DNA of 64,000 bases from Candidatus Latescibacterota bacterium (lineage in GTDB: Bacteria > Latescibacterota > UBA2968 > UBA8231): contig OZ242005.1 in the NCBI GenBank assembly GCA_965204725.1, positions 4,480,001-4,544,000 of the forward strand. The letters are read 5' to 3'. Below the pieces are notes generated by a model. It worked only from the letters and a program-made list of their open reading frames with translations. It was not told where the DNA came from and did not search any database. Positions 47,641 to 57,446 of the stretch are shown one piece after another (position 1 is the first letter of the stretch; every line of letters begins with the position of its first letter). A program made the translations under genes and the position numbers.

Positions 47641-48105
47641 ATGGCCAAACTACTTGAAGAGATACTCAAGCAGAAGCGAGCGCAACAGGAAGCGTCGGAG
47701 TTTGCACATATAGCAGTTCGTCAGGAATGGATATCCAACTGCGAAAATCTCATGTCGAGGATAACTGAGTGGTTGCAGCCCCTTGAAGCCAAAAACTGGC
47801 TGGCGATCCAGTCAGAGGATATTCTGATTCGGGAAGACCAGCTTGGGGATTACGCAACCCGATCTTTACGACTCACCTTTTTAGACAGCCAGATTCTCAC
47901 CTTCAGACCGGTTGGGCGTCGCATTATAGGAGCTCAAGGACGTGTCGATGTGGTCTCGGGCAGCACCCTTCTCGCAATGCTGCTGCATAAAGAAAATGAC
48001 GAGTGGGATTTTGCGAGGCGAGAGGGCAGATATGGGAAACCCGTCCGGTGGGCATTCAATAGAAGTACCTTAGAGGAATTTCTGGTTGAGTTCCTAGAAG
48101 AGTAA
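47641..48105 (+). CDS. Hypothetical protein
   Basis: SD AAGGAG, 154-aa ORF with IIGAQGRVD motif, visibly lower GC. Confidence 0.7.
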   Translation: MAKLLEEILKQKRAQQEASEFAHIAVRQEWISNCENLMSRITEWLQPLEAKNWLAIQSEDILIREDQLGDYATRSLRLTFLDSQILTFRPVGRRIIGAQGRVDVVSGSTLLAMLLHKENDEWDFARREGRYGKPVRWAFNRSTLEEFLVEFLEE

Positions 48106-48136
48106 AAATGCGCGAGTTCACTTGTGAGTAGCCGCT

Positions 48137-49123
48137 ATGCAGGCCAACGACCCAATCCCATTTGCAGCATTCGCCCGCTTCGAGCGGCTCACCGCCGATA
48201 AGCCGCTGCTGTACTGCGATCCCCCCGCGTGGGCCGCTGCCAGCCATGCCATCGTCGTGGGCAGCACCGTGCATTATCTGTGGGCCAAAAAGGGAGGGGA
48301 CAATAGCTGGGTACACATGCACAGCTCTGCGCCAGTCGCCGGTCCTACGGAGGTGACGCACGACCCACGCAATCCCATACTCCTGCCTTCCGCCGCCGAC
48401 TTCGACAACCAAGGAGTGGAATACCCATTCCCGTTCTGGAATCCCGCCGACCAGCGCTACTATGCCTATTACCTCGGCAGCCAAGGCAAGGGCAAGCCCC
48501 GCCGCAAACAGACCGGCCTACTAGTCAGCAACGGCGATTTAGGGGCGTGGACGCGGATTGGCAATGAACCGATAGTCGCAGTCGGCGGCGCACACGAGCA
48601 ACACGGCTCTTCCCATCCGTCCGTAGCCGTGTCGGGCGATGTCATTCACATGGTTTATACCGGCGAGTCGCCAGCCCCTCCTGAACGGCGCGATATTCTC
48701 TACAACGTGCCGACCATCTGTCACGCCACCGCACCAATCAGCGATCCGGCGAAAGTCACCAAGAATCCCGCCAATCCCGTATTCAGCGGATCGGGGCAGG
48801 CGTGGGACCGCTATGGCGTACGCGAAGCCGAAATCCTCAAAGGACCGAGCTACTTCCACCTGTTCTACGGAGGGTACGACGGCGAGGCTTGGGCTATTGG
48901 ACATGTCCGCACATGCGACTTCCGCACCTTCGAACCCAACCCACACAACCCAATCTTCACGCCGGCGACCAATGCCGATGCTTGGGATTGCGATGGCCTC
49001 CTAACCCCTCAGGTGTTCGCAATGAATGGGACCTATTACATGATTTATGCCGGTCTCAGAGGATCGGGATGGAATCGCGTGTCAGCAGTCGGGACGGGCT
49101 TAGCCGTGGCAAGCCCGATATAG
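48137..49123 (+). CDS. Five-bladed beta-propeller glycoside-hydrolase-like protein
   Basis: Repeated NP(I/V)(L/F)...(W/F)D...P blades. Confidence 0.65.
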   Translation: MQANDPIPFAAFARFERLTADKPLLYCDPPAWAAASHAIVVGSTVHYLWAKKGGDNSWVHMHSSAPVAGPTEVTHDPRNPILLPSAADFDNQGVEYPFPFWNPADQRYYAYYLGSQGKGKPRRKQTGLLVSNGDLGAWTRIGNEPIVAVGGAHEQHGSSHPSVAVSGDVIHMVYTGESPAPPERRDILYNVPTICHATAPISDPAKVTKNPANPVFSGSGQAWDRYGVREAEILKGPSYFHLFYGGYDGEAWAIGHVRTCDFRTFEPNPHNPIFTPATNADAWDCDGLLTPQVFAMNGTYYMIYAGLRGSGWNRVSAVGTGLAVASPI

Positions 49124-49153
49124 GGGCAACTCTTGTGGCCCCCCTCACCCACG

Positions 49154-50536
49154 CTATTCAACCCGCTCAATAACCCGCATACTCTTCCAGCGGCCCGTGC
49201 GAAAGCGCAAGTAGAAAGCCGCGCCCATGACGCATACATAGGCGCAGGCAAAGCTCCATATCAGGTATAGCCCCCCGTCGAAATAGGTTAGGACGATGAA
49301 AGACGGCATGACCATGAGCGCCCAAGCCAACGCGATCGACATCCACATGACGAAGCGGGTGTCGCCCGCGCCCTTCAAGGTTGCCGTGAAGATCATGTAG
49401 GCCGCGTCGGAGACGCAGTACAGGGCCACGAAGCGCAGCAAGACCACGGCGATCTGATGCGCGGCCGCAAAGTGGGCGTCTCGATCCTCGCCAAAGGGCG
49501 CCAAGAAAAACTCCGGCACGACGACGTAGCCCACGGACATCGTCCCCATGTACAGCATGGCCAAGTGCAAGCCCGTCCATGTGCAGTACTCGGCGGCTTC
49601 GGGCTGATCGCGCCCCAAGCGTTGGCCGACCATCGTCGAGACGGCGATGCTACAGCCAATGAGCGGCATAAAGGCGAGGCTGTTGATGTGAAAGGCCAAA
49701 TTCGTCGCCGCCAGCGGAATTGGCCCCAAGCGGCCCACGATAAACAAAAACAACGTAAAGGCCATGATGTCGAGCATGAAGTTGACGCCATTGGGGCCGC
49801 CAAAGCGCAATAGGCGCAGCAGCAGCTTGAGGTCGGGCTTCCAGCCGCGCAAGGTGGCGTATTCGTTGCGATACCGCGGCCCCAAGAACAGCAGCGCGAA
49901 GGACAGGGCCGAAACGACCAAGCCGATATTGGTAGCCCACGCCGCCCCGACAATGCCCAGCTCAGGCAATCCCCAGTGCCCAAATATCAAGCCGTAGTCG
50001 CAGACGATGTTGACACTGATCGCCACGGCGTTGACCGCCAGCACCACCCACGTCTGACCTCGCCCACTGAAAAAGCACGAGAAGGCCGTGGATAAGACCT
50101 GCGGCCCCGTGCCGTAGCAAAGGATGCGGAAGTACTGGGTCTCGGCGGCACGGATGGCTGGATCGTGGCCGATGAACGCGAAGAGTTCGCCGGCCAAGGC
50201 GGCCGGCAGCAAGGCCAAGAAGCCGCTGAGCAGGGCCACGTACGCCCCTTGCCACACGGCCGGCCCCACGCGCGTCAGCCGCCGCGCCCCCATGTATTGG
50301 GCGACAAACGTGTTGGCGTATTGGGCCGTGCCCATGAAGAGGCTGATGAACGTGAAACTCGCCATGCCCGCCGGCATCGCGGCCGCCAACGCCTCGGTGG
50401 AATACCAAGAGAGAAAAATCCGGTCGACAAAGTGCTGGATGCTCCAGCTAGCCGTGCTCAGAATCAGCGGCAGGGCGATCCGCAAAAACTCTCGGTATCC
50501 GCCAGCGGCCCCCCACCGCCTAGCCACGCGGCCCAC
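49154..50536 (-). CDS. MATE-family efflux transporter
   Basis: IALPLILS...FVDRIFL, VAQYMGA, VGQRLG, LKGAGDT; about 12 TMs. Confidence 0.92.
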   Translation of the reverse strand: MGRVARRWGAAGGYREFLRIALPLILSTASWSIQHFVDRIFLSWYSTEALAAAMPAGMASFTFISLFMGTAQYANTFVAQYMGARRLTRVGPAVWQGAYVALLSGFLALLPAALAGELFAFIGHDPAIRAAETQYFRILCYGTGPQVLSTAFSCFFSGRGQTWVVLAVNAVAISVNIVCDYGLIFGHWGLPELGIVGAAWATNIGLVVSALSFALLFLGPRYRNEYATLRGWKPDLKLLLRLLRFGGPNGVNFMLDIMAFTLFLFIVGRLGPIPLAATNLAFHINSLAFMPLIGCSIAVSTMVGQRLGRDQPEAAEYCTWTGLHLAMLYMGTMSVGYVVVPEFFLAPFGEDRDAHFAAAHQIAVVLLRFVALYCVSDAAYMIFTATLKGAGDTRFVMWMSIALAWALMVMPSFIVLTYFDGGLYLIWSFACAYVCVMGAAFYLRFRTGRWKSMRVIERVE

Positions 50537-50538
50537 GC

Positions 50539-51558
50539 TTAGCTCGCCATAACTTCGGCCACAGCAATCAATTCGCCGCCGCGCCGCGCCGACTCCCACC
50601 CCGCCAGTACCGGGGCCAGCGAATAGAGGCCATCGGCATAGTCGTTGAGGAGCAGGGCGCGGTTGCCGGTGCGCACGGCCTCAATGAAGACGCGGTCTTG
50701 CTCAAACCACGGGTCGAATTCCTCCGGCTCATACACGACTTCGCCATTGACTTCAATCCGGTCGTACATCCACAGCGCCAAGTATCCCCCTTCGTAAAAA
50801 ACAGTGAAGCGCGGCTCGTCGCCCGGGCTCGCGGGCGTGGTAGCGAGGAACGTCGAGGTCATGGTCGCCCCGTTGGCCAACAAAAAGTTAAACGAACACG
50901 ACAATGGCGTGTTGTACCGAGGGGGATGGTAGTAAAACGCTTGGGCTTGGGTAATATCGAGGCCGCTCATAAAGCGTGCGTAGTCAACGGCGTGAACTCC
51001 CCAATCGAAGGCCGTGCCGCCGGCCTTGTCCATCTGATAGTGCCAACTGTCCGGGTCGGGGACCTCGGCTTCGAGCAGGGGCAGGCCGGACGTGCTTTGG
51101 AAGCGGATGTGGGTGATGGCCTTATCCGCGAGCAGGCGACGGGCTTCCTGAAAGAGCGGGCGATAGCGCTCGCGGAAACAGACTGTTGAGATCGCGCCGC
51201 CCTCGGCGACCGCATCGGCGATGCGCCGCGCCACGGCCATGCTGGTTGCTTGCGGCTTCTCGCTGAAGAGGTGGATGCCCCGCGCTGCGGCCGCCGCTTC
51301 CACATCGGTGCGCGCAAAGGCTGGTACGACCGAGTAGAGCGCGTCGAGCGGCTCTTCCGCGAGCATCTGGTGCGGATCTAGATACGTGCGGGCGATAGAG
51401 AATTTTTGCGCGGTAGCGGCGAGGTTATCCGAGTTGGGATCACTCGCCGCGACGAGCTCGACGTCGGCTAGCGTACTCAGGTTGGGCAGGTGCGTTTGGT
51501 TGGCGAAACGGCCCGTGCCATAGATGCCGACGCGCACCGGGCGATTGTTTGCAGACAT
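50539..51558 (-). CDS. Gfo/Idh/MocA-family oxidoreductase
   Basis: GIYGTG, SEKP, DWGVH. Confidence 0.9.
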   Translation of the reverse strand: MSANNRPVRVGIYGTGRFANQTHLPNLSTLADVELVAASDPNSDNLAATAQKFSIARTYLDPHQMLAEEPLDALYSVVPAFARTDVEAAAAARGIHLFSEKPQATSMAVARRIADAVAEGGAISTVCFRERYRPLFQEARRLLADKAITHIRFQSTSGLPLLEAEVPDPDSWHYQMDKAGGTAFDWGVHAVDYARFMSGLDITQAQAFYYHPPRYNTPLSCSFNFLLANGATMTSTFLATTPASPGDEPRFTVFYEGGYLALWMYDRIEVNGEVVYEPEEFDPWFEQDRVFIEAVRTGNRALLLNDYADGLYSLAPVLAGWESARRGGELIAVAEVMAS

Positions 51559-51667
51559 GGAGAATCCTTTGTTGATTTGTTGAGCCGCCTATGTAGCGGA
51601 GTGAAGTGGGCAAGAAAAGCAAAAAGAGACGCATGCGCCAGACCGCTTTGAGACGGTCGCGGGGCGA

Positions 51668-51786
51668 TATAGCTGTCCTAAATGCCTCGAAAGCATGGAA
51701 TGTTGATCGGCCCGGTCTTTTTTGCCTACGAGGCGTCATTCCCGCGAAAGCGGGAATCCAGTCTTGAAGGATGTAGGGTTGCTATA
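51668..51786. mobile_element. 119-bp MITE-like element containing a REP palindrome
   Basis: TIR TATAGCTGTCCTAAAT / ATGTAGGGTTGCTATA (12/16); GTCATTCCCGCGAAAGCGGGAATCCAG at 51735-51761. Confidence 0.72.
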
Positions 51787-51845
51787 TTAGAGATTAGGTG
51801 GTCGATGCAAAGACCTTGCGTCCTATATATCATTGGCGCATACTA

Positions 51846-52028
51846 GATGCTTAGTACACTCGTAAAGGAGTATCTGGCATGAATGAGCGCGATTTTGACC
51901 AACTTATAGCTAGCGTTAAGCAAGCCGGAGCAATCAAGCGCGGCAAGATGAGGCCGGGGCGTAGGATCCATATAAATCCCGCCGATATCAAGATGATTCG
52001 CAAGAAACTGGATAAATCTCAATCTTAA
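51846..52028 (+). pseudogene. Remnant RelE/HigB-HigA-type TA module (toxin tail and truncated HTH antitoxin)
   Basis: MLSTLVKEYLA* overlaps ATG 51879 MNERDFDQLIASVKQAGAIKRG...DIKMIRKKLDKSQS*, which stops inside the HTH. Confidence 0.65.
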
Positions 52029-52110
52029 ACGACCATGAAGGGCGACTCTGTGGATGCAAGGGCGTTCATCGGCAAAACGTAACACGCGAAGCACTTTAGA
52101 AAAGAAACCT

Positions 52111-52773
52111 ATGCCATTTAACATTGCTGACGATCCGGCCGTTGATTATCGGGAGTTGGTACGGACCGCCTATAACCGATGTGCGATGGATTACGCACGG
52201 CAAAGACGTACCACACCCGGAGCAGAACTCCGCTTCATAACGGAACACCTGACCCCCGGTTCAACGATCCTTGATGTTGGATGCGGTGCGGGTATTCCGG
52301 TCGCCCAACATCTTGCGACGACGTTCAGCCTCACTGGGATCGACATTTCCGCGAGCATGATCGCGCTAGCCCGGAAAAACGTCCCTGCGGCCAAATTCGT
52401 CATCGCCGACGTGGTAAAGACCGAATTCCCCGCATGCAGCTTGGACGCAATTGTCAGCTTTTACGCCATCTTCCATATCCCAAGACAGGAGCATCTAAAC
52501 CTCTTTCGTCAATTTGCACAGTGGCTTCGACCCGGTGGCCTATTCCTGTTTACGGTTGCCAGCAAAGACGACGGGCCGGGATACACTGAAGACGACTTCT
52601 TCGGCGGGACCATGTACTGGAGCAACTTTGGCCCCTCGACTTATAGGGAGTTTCTTACTGAGACTGGATTTCGGATTGAACAGGAAGGTATCGTCGGCGG
52701 AGGGTTCGGAAGTGTTGAGGTGCCGGAGGGAGTGGGGGTTCACCCATTTTTCTGCGCCGTTAAAAGCACGTAA
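52111..52773 (+). CDS. Class I SAM-dependent methyltransferase
   Basis: ILDVGCGAG, GIDIS, YAIFHIP, LRPGG. Confidence 0.9.
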   Translation: MPFNIADDPAVDYRELVRTAYNRCAMDYARQRRTTPGAELRFITEHLTPGSTILDVGCGAGIPVAQHLATTFSLTGIDISASMIALARKNVPAAKFVIADVVKTEFPACSLDAIVSFYAIFHIPRQEHLNLFRQFAQWLRPGGLFLFTVASKDDGPGYTEDDFFGGTMYWSNFGPSTYREFLTETGFRIEQEGIVGGGFGSVEVPEGVGVHPFFCAVKST

Positions 52774-52796
52774 CCCAATCTAGAAAGGACTACCAA

Positions 52797-53210
52797 ATGC
52801 CGCTAACAGGTCGATGTCTTTGCGGGGCGGTCCGCTATACAAGCGACGCGGAGCCCCAATCTGTGACCTATTGCCACTGCGACGACTGCCGTAGGGTCAC
52901 AGGCAGTGCTTTCAATGTTGGAGTTAGCGTCCCAGCGTCCACGTTTCAGCTAAGCGGTAAAACCAAGGGATACGAATCTACCAATGACGAGGGCCACACA
53001 AAAATTCGCGAATTCTGCCCAGAGTGTGGTTCGCAATTATTCACACGGTATCCCGACTTGGTGTTTATCAAGGCGGGCACTCTAGACCATTCTGAAGGTC
53101 TGCAACCCACTCGGGAGATTTGGACCGAAATGGCAGTCCCGTGGTCTAAAATTCCCGACGGCCTGCACAAATTTCCTCGTGGGACAAGTTCGCAACCGAT
53201 AGCACGTTAG
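52797..53210 (+). CDS. GFA/CENP-V family protein
   Basis: GRCLCGAVRY, CHCDDCR, FCPECGS. Confidence 0.92.
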   Translation: MPLTGRCLCGAVRYTSDAEPQSVTYCHCDDCRRVTGSAFNVGVSVPASTFQLSGKTKGYESTNDEGHTKIREFCPECGSQLFTRYPDLVFIKAGTLDHSEGLQPTREIWTEMAVPWSKIPDGLHKFPRGTSSQPIAR

Positions 53211-53219
53211 AGGGGTCAG

Positions 53220-53798
53220 GTGAGGGTTTCAATCGTCAGCAGTAGTCTCAAGGCCGATAGTCACAGCCGGGTGCTTGCTACTATATGTCAGACTGCTCTA
53301 GAGGACAAAGGCGTCTCTGTTGACTTCATCGATCTTCGACAACTTGATCCGCCAAATTTCGACGACGACCAGATCTATTCATCCGAGGCGTACCAATCGT
53401 GCCACAGATTCATTGCGGCGTCTGATGCCATCATCTTAGCGAGTCCAGTGTACAACTGGGCGTGTTGCGCTGAACTCAAGAAATTCGTCGAGTACATAGG
53501 CTCTACGCCACCAGACGGGTCGTTCAAAGGTGCTTTGTACGACAAAGTAGTGATGTTCGTCAATGCCGGCGGGTTGCCGCACAGCTATATGGCGTTTGCA
53601 TCGCTGGCAACATCCCTCATGTTGGATTTCAAGTGCATCATTAGCCCGTATAACGTGTATGCCCACGACGGCAATTGGGTTGACGGCGGCGAACTCGACG
53701 ACGGCACGACGGCACGATTAAATAGGTCTCTAGCGGTACTGACTGAACTTGCAGAACGACTCAAGAGCCGGTCCTATACATCGAACTGGGAAATCTGA
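53220..53798 (+). CDS. NADPH-dependent FMN reductase
   Basis: SSLKADSHS, SPVYNW, LKKF, AGG. Confidence 0.85.
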   Translation: MRVSIVSSSLKADSHSRVLATICQTALEDKGVSVDFIDLRQLDPPNFDDDQIYSSEAYQSCHRFIAASDAIILASPVYNWACCAELKKFVEYIGSTPPDGSFKGALYDKVVMFVNAGGLPHSYMAFASLATSLMLDFKCIISPYNVYAHDGNWVDGGELDDGTTARLNRSLAVLTELAERLKSRSYTSNWEI

Positions 53799-53803
53799 TT
53801 CTG

Positions 53804-54208
53804 TTGGATTGCGACTACAGTCTTACGTGGTATCACGGCTCTCAGCAAGAGCTGACCAAACTTCGGGTTGGAAGTTCGGTCACCCAGAGTAGAAGTGTGG
53901 CGAAGGCGTTCTCGCACAGGCCCTCGCTCGTCTCTTGGTCTGACAGGGGTGAGGTTAGACACAACGGCGTAACGCCCGGTTATCTCTATGTCGTTTCCGA
54001 TGACATTGCTCCTGACGATGTGTATCCCCATCCCCACCCGGCAAATGCCGATCACTGGGAGTGGCTGACGAACCGAGAACTGAAACTGGAGCTTATTGAA
54101 CAGACTATCGCAACCGACAAAGAACGCCTGACAGACGAAGAGATCGCAGCCATACGGCAGAAACAACAGGAAAAAGGCGAGTTGACATTCACGGAGTGGT
54201 CTGTTTGA
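53804..54208 (+). CDS. Hypothetical protein, possible ADP-ribosyltransferase fold
   Basis: WYHGS...GSSVT...GYLY...PHP...EWLT. Confidence 0.6.
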   Translation: MDCDYSLTWYHGSQQELTKLRVGSSVTQSRSVAKAFSHRPSLVSWSDRGEVRHNGVTPGYLYVVSDDIAPDDVYPHPHPANADHWEWLTNRELKLELIEQTIATDKERLTDEEIAAIRQKQQEKGELTFTEWSV

Positions 54209-54236
54209 GAAAGTGCAACCCAAGAGAGGCTACCAA

Positions 54237-55016
54237 ATGCTGATAATCGACACCCACTGCCACGCCGGCAACAACTGGTTTGAACCTATCGAGACCCTTG
54301 AGTTTGCGATGAACCGCAACGGCGTCGCCCAGGCCGTGCTCATCCAACACGGCGGAGTATATGACAACACGTACCTCTTCCAAGAAGCCGCCAAGCGCTC
54401 GGGCCGGTTCAAGGTTGTAGTCCTCGTCGATCCCGAGTCCCGCGATCCACTCGGCGATCTTGCGCGGCTCGCAGAGCAAGGGGCGGCTGGTATTCGCATG
54501 GCCCCGGATGGCCGGTTCGTCAACGCAGGGCCTTACGACCTCTGGCGCAGAGCCGGCGAACTCGGTCTCGTCGTCTCGAGCATCGGCAAGGCATCCCAGT
54601 TCGCGGCCGACGGCTTCTCGCGGGTGCTCGATGCGTGCCCCGACACGCACGTCGTCCTAGAGCACCTCGCCGGAGTGGGCATTGCCGAGCCGCCCTACGC
54701 GGAGTACGTTGAGGCACTGCGGCACGGCGAGCGCGACAACACCAGCATCAAAGTTCCCGGCTTAGGCGAAATCTGCGCCCGCCCACCGCGCCTGCGGCCT
54801 GAACTCAAATTCGACGGCGTACCGCCTCTTTTTGAGATGGCCCAGGACGCATTCGGCGTGCAACGCATGATGTGGGGCAGCGACTTCCCGCCCAGCGCGG
54901 GTAGAGAGGGCTATGCCAATGCGCTGCGCGGCGTCCTCGATCATCCGGCTTTTGCCAACGGCGACGATAGCGAATGGGTCATGGGAAAAACCGCGGCGCA
55001 CGTGTGGGGATTCTAA
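54237..55016 (+). CDS. Amidohydrolase_2 family protein
   Basis: IDTHCH, LEHLAG, FGVQRMMWGSDFP. Confidence 0.9.
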   Translation: MLIIDTHCHAGNNWFEPIETLEFAMNRNGVAQAVLIQHGGVYDNTYLFQEAAKRSGRFKVVVLVDPESRDPLGDLARLAEQGAAGIRMAPDGRFVNAGPYDLWRRAGELGLVVSSIGKASQFAADGFSRVLDACPDTHVVLEHLAGVGIAEPPYAEYVEALRHGERDNTSIKVPGLGEICARPPRLRPELKFDGVPPLFEMAQDAFGVQRMMWGSDFPPSAGREGYANALRGVLDHPAFANGDDSEWVMGKTAAHVWGF

Positions 55017-55029
55017 GGATTGGGATAGT

Positions 55030-55122
55030 TCCCGTTGCGTCCGGGATCGAGGGCGTCCCGCCCTCGACGAGGGCAAGATGCCCTCGATCCTTGGCAGGCG
55101 GAGGGCTGGTGTCGTGTAGTAA
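55030..55122. repeat. Partial copy of the 18818-18955 MITE
   Basis: Reverse-complement match to 18820-18912, including the GGTGTCGTGTAGTAA terminus. Confidence 0.85.
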
Positions 55123-55155
55123 ATGTAACTTCCCGGTGGGAACTAGCAGAGCAAA

Positions 55156-55779
55156 ATGGCTAAAGAAAAAAAGAAGACCGTGCGCCAAGCCTATGGCATC
55201 ACAGTCCTCAAAGCCGCGGACCCTCGGGTGCGCGCCTACAAAAAGAAGCACGAACCCTGCATCCACGGCAACAAATTCTGGAATGTAAGCTGGTGCGTGA
55301 TGGACTTCCTCTCGCATCAGGGCCTACCGCCAAAGACGCGGGTTTTGGATATAGGCTGCGGTTGGGGCCTCGCCGGGATATACTGCGCCAAAAACCACGA
55401 CGCCAAAGTCACGGCCATGGACGCGGACGCAGCAGTCTTTCCCTACTTGCAGCTACACGCCGAGATCAACGGCGTCGAGATAGACACTTGGCACTGCAAG
55501 TTCAAGAACGTCAAAAAGAAAGACTTGCGACGAACCAACCTGATCATCGGAGCCGACATTTGCTTCTGGGACGATATGGTTAAGCCGCTCTACAAGCTCG
55601 TCAAAAAGGCGGTCGAGGCTGAGGTCGGTCAGGTCATCATCGCCGACCCGGGCCGACCGCCCTTTCACGAGCTAAGCGAGAAGGTCATCGCAAGGCTCGG
55701 CGGCGAGCTCAAGGAATGGGAAATCAACGGCGCAGTCAAAGCCGACGCATACCTACTCATCGCCGGTGCGCTGCCCTAA
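55156..55779 (+). CDS. SAM-dependent methyltransferase (Methyltransf_16-like)
   Basis: HGNKFW, VLDIGCGWG, GADICFW, ADPGR. Confidence 0.85.
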   Translation: MAKEKKKTVRQAYGITVLKAADPRVRAYKKKHEPCIHGNKFWNVSWCVMDFLSHQGLPPKTRVLDIGCGWGLAGIYCAKNHDAKVTAMDADAAVFPYLQLHAEINGVEIDTWHCKFKNVKKKDLRRTNLIIGADICFWDDMVKPLYKLVKKAVEAEVGQVIIADPGRPPFHELSEKVIARLGGELKEWEINGAVKADAYLLIAGALP

Positions 55780-55800
55780 GAAGCGTCCTTAAAACTCCTG

Positions 55801-55847
55801 TTGCTTTTGGCATCGTCTTGCATGACGACTCGTGTGGTCATTCCCGC
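55801..55847 (+). repeat. Truncated REP-containing repeat
   Basis: TTGCTTTTGGCATCGTCTTGCATGACGAC...GTCATTCCCGC matches 18698-18744. Confidence 0.75.
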
Positions 55848-55853
55848 AGAAAA

Positions 55854-56822
55854 TCAGAACCAATTTTCTTTATCCACCACATTCACCAACGCCGCGCCGC
55901 GGGCGAAACGCCGGCAATTTTCCACCAGCAGATCGCGCCGGCGCTCTTCCAGATAAGGACCGGCCGCGGCCACGTGCGGGGTCATCAGGAAGTTCGGGGC
56001 TGTCCACAGCGGGTGCTCCGGCGGCAGCGGCTCCTCCTCAAACACATCTAGACCGGCCCCGGCGATCTGGCCTTCGCGCAGGGCTTGATCGAGATCGGCC
56101 AACCTGACGTTCGCGCCGCGACCGATGTTGACGAAATACGCGCTGGTTTTCATCTGCTCGAACTGGGCACTGGTGAAAAGGCCCTCCGTCTGCGGCGTCT
56201 GCGGCGCAGTAACCAAGACGAAATCCGCCCTCGGCAGGAGCGAGTTGAGCATCTCCGGGCGGTATAACTCGTCAACGCCCGGCAGCGGCGACTCAACGCG
56301 GGGGTCAATGCCAATGGTCGTCATGCTCCAATGCTTGCACTGACGCGCGGTCTCTGCGCCAATCCCGCCGACGCCGACGATCAGCGCGGTGGCTTCGGGC
56401 AGGTAGGTCGCGGGGCTCGATTCCCCTCCGCTGCGCCAATGGCCGGCAAACTGGTCGCGGAAGTAGCGGTGCATACCGCGCGCGAGCGCGAGCACAAAGG
56501 CCATGATATGGGCCGAGATGTGGTCGTTGAAGATGCCGCGAAAATTGGTCACCACCACGTCGCTGGCGACGAGTTCCGGGAAGTAATACCCCTTGGGCGG
56601 GCCAGCGGCTGGGGCAGCCAACCACTTGAGCTGGGCGGCTGCGGCCAACAACTCTGGGTCTAAGGTGCCGAAACAGGCGTGCGCCGTGGGGAGAGCGGCT
56701 AGGGCTTGGGCGCGGCTTTCGCAATGGACGATCGCCATCGCGGGGACGGCCTCAGACATGGCAGCGGCTAGGGCGCGGGTGCGCTCGCTGGCGGGTGACA
56801 AAAAGACGAACTCGAAAGACAT
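55854..56822 (-). CDS. D-2-hydroxyacid dehydrogenase
   Basis: GVGGIG, VNIGRG, GLDVFEEEPL, TPHVA. Confidence 0.92.
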   Translation of the reverse strand: MSFEFVFLSPASERTRALAAAMSEAVPAMAIVHCESRAQALAALPTAHACFGTLDPELLAAAAQLKWLAAPAAGPPKGYYFPELVASDVVVTNFRGIFNDHISAHIMAFVLALARGMHRYFRDQFAGHWRSGGESSPATYLPEATALIVGVGGIGAETARQCKHWSMTTIGIDPRVESPLPGVDELYRPEMLNSLLPRADFVLVTAPQTPQTEGLFTSAQFEQMKTSAYFVNIGRGANVRLADLDQALREGQIAGAGLDVFEEEPLPPEHPLWTAPNFLMTPHVAAAGPYLEERRRDLLVENCRRFARGAALVNVVDKENWF

Positions 56823-56986
56823 TTGGCTCCTTTCGCGGGGGCGTGATTAAGAGGCCCGGCGTCGCGACAGCCGCGCGTTTTGGTTGAGCCTCTAAGTGTT
56901 GGCGCAATATACCGCTCAGCACCAGCGGCGACAATCAGGTTGACCGGATGGGCCTTTGGCGCGACTATTTCCCTACGAGACAACCG

Positions 56987-57373
56987 ATGAGACACGCGAC
57001 CTGTTCCCAAATACCACCGGCTGAAATGGCGGCCTACCGAGCCGCCGCCCGCCAGCGCCACCGCGCCGAAAAGGAGCGTCTGCACATCCGTCGTCAGCGT
57101 GCTTGGAAGCTAGCGCGGCAGGCCGCTCGCCTACTCGAGGAACGCTTCAACGCCGAGCGGGTGGTGCTCTTCGGCTCGCTGGCGCACGAGGATCGGTTCA
57201 ATCGCTGGTCCGACGTGGATATCGCCGCTTGGGGCCTCCGGCCCGAGGACACTTGGCGAGCACTCGGAGCGGTCATGGACCTCGACTCAGAGATCGCAGT
57301 GAATTTGGTCGATATGGCCTGCTGCCGCCCCTCTATAAGAGCGGTTATCGAGCGCGAAGGAGTTGAGCTATGA
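56987..57373 (+). CDS. Minimal nucleotidyltransferase (MNT) antitoxin-like protein
   Basis: VVLFGSLA...SDVDIA...VNLVD; start codon uncertain. Confidence 0.85.
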   Translation: MRHATCSQIPPAEMAAYRAAARQRHRAEKERLHIRRQRAWKLARQAARLLEERFNAERVVLFGSLAHEDRFNRWSDVDIAAWGLRPEDTWRALGAVMDLDSEIAVNLVDMACCRPSIRAVIEREGVEL

Positions 57374-57435
57374 TCGCCCGCCACCTCGTCAACGCCGAAC
57401 GCATCTGCCTCAAGGGATTGGCCGACGCCGACTAG
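57370..57435 (+). pseudogene. Probable 5' stub of the HEPN partner of MNT
   Basis: ATGA-coupled 21-aa MIARHLVNAERICLKGLADAD* at the position where a HEPN toxin is expected. Confidence 0.4.
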
Positions 57436-57446
57436 CCCCTCGTCCA

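Noticed and set aside
52111-55016. Integron cassette array
   Set aside because: Intergenic gaps of 5-28 nt are too short for attC sites; no RYYYAAC...GTTRRRY pairs or integrase seen
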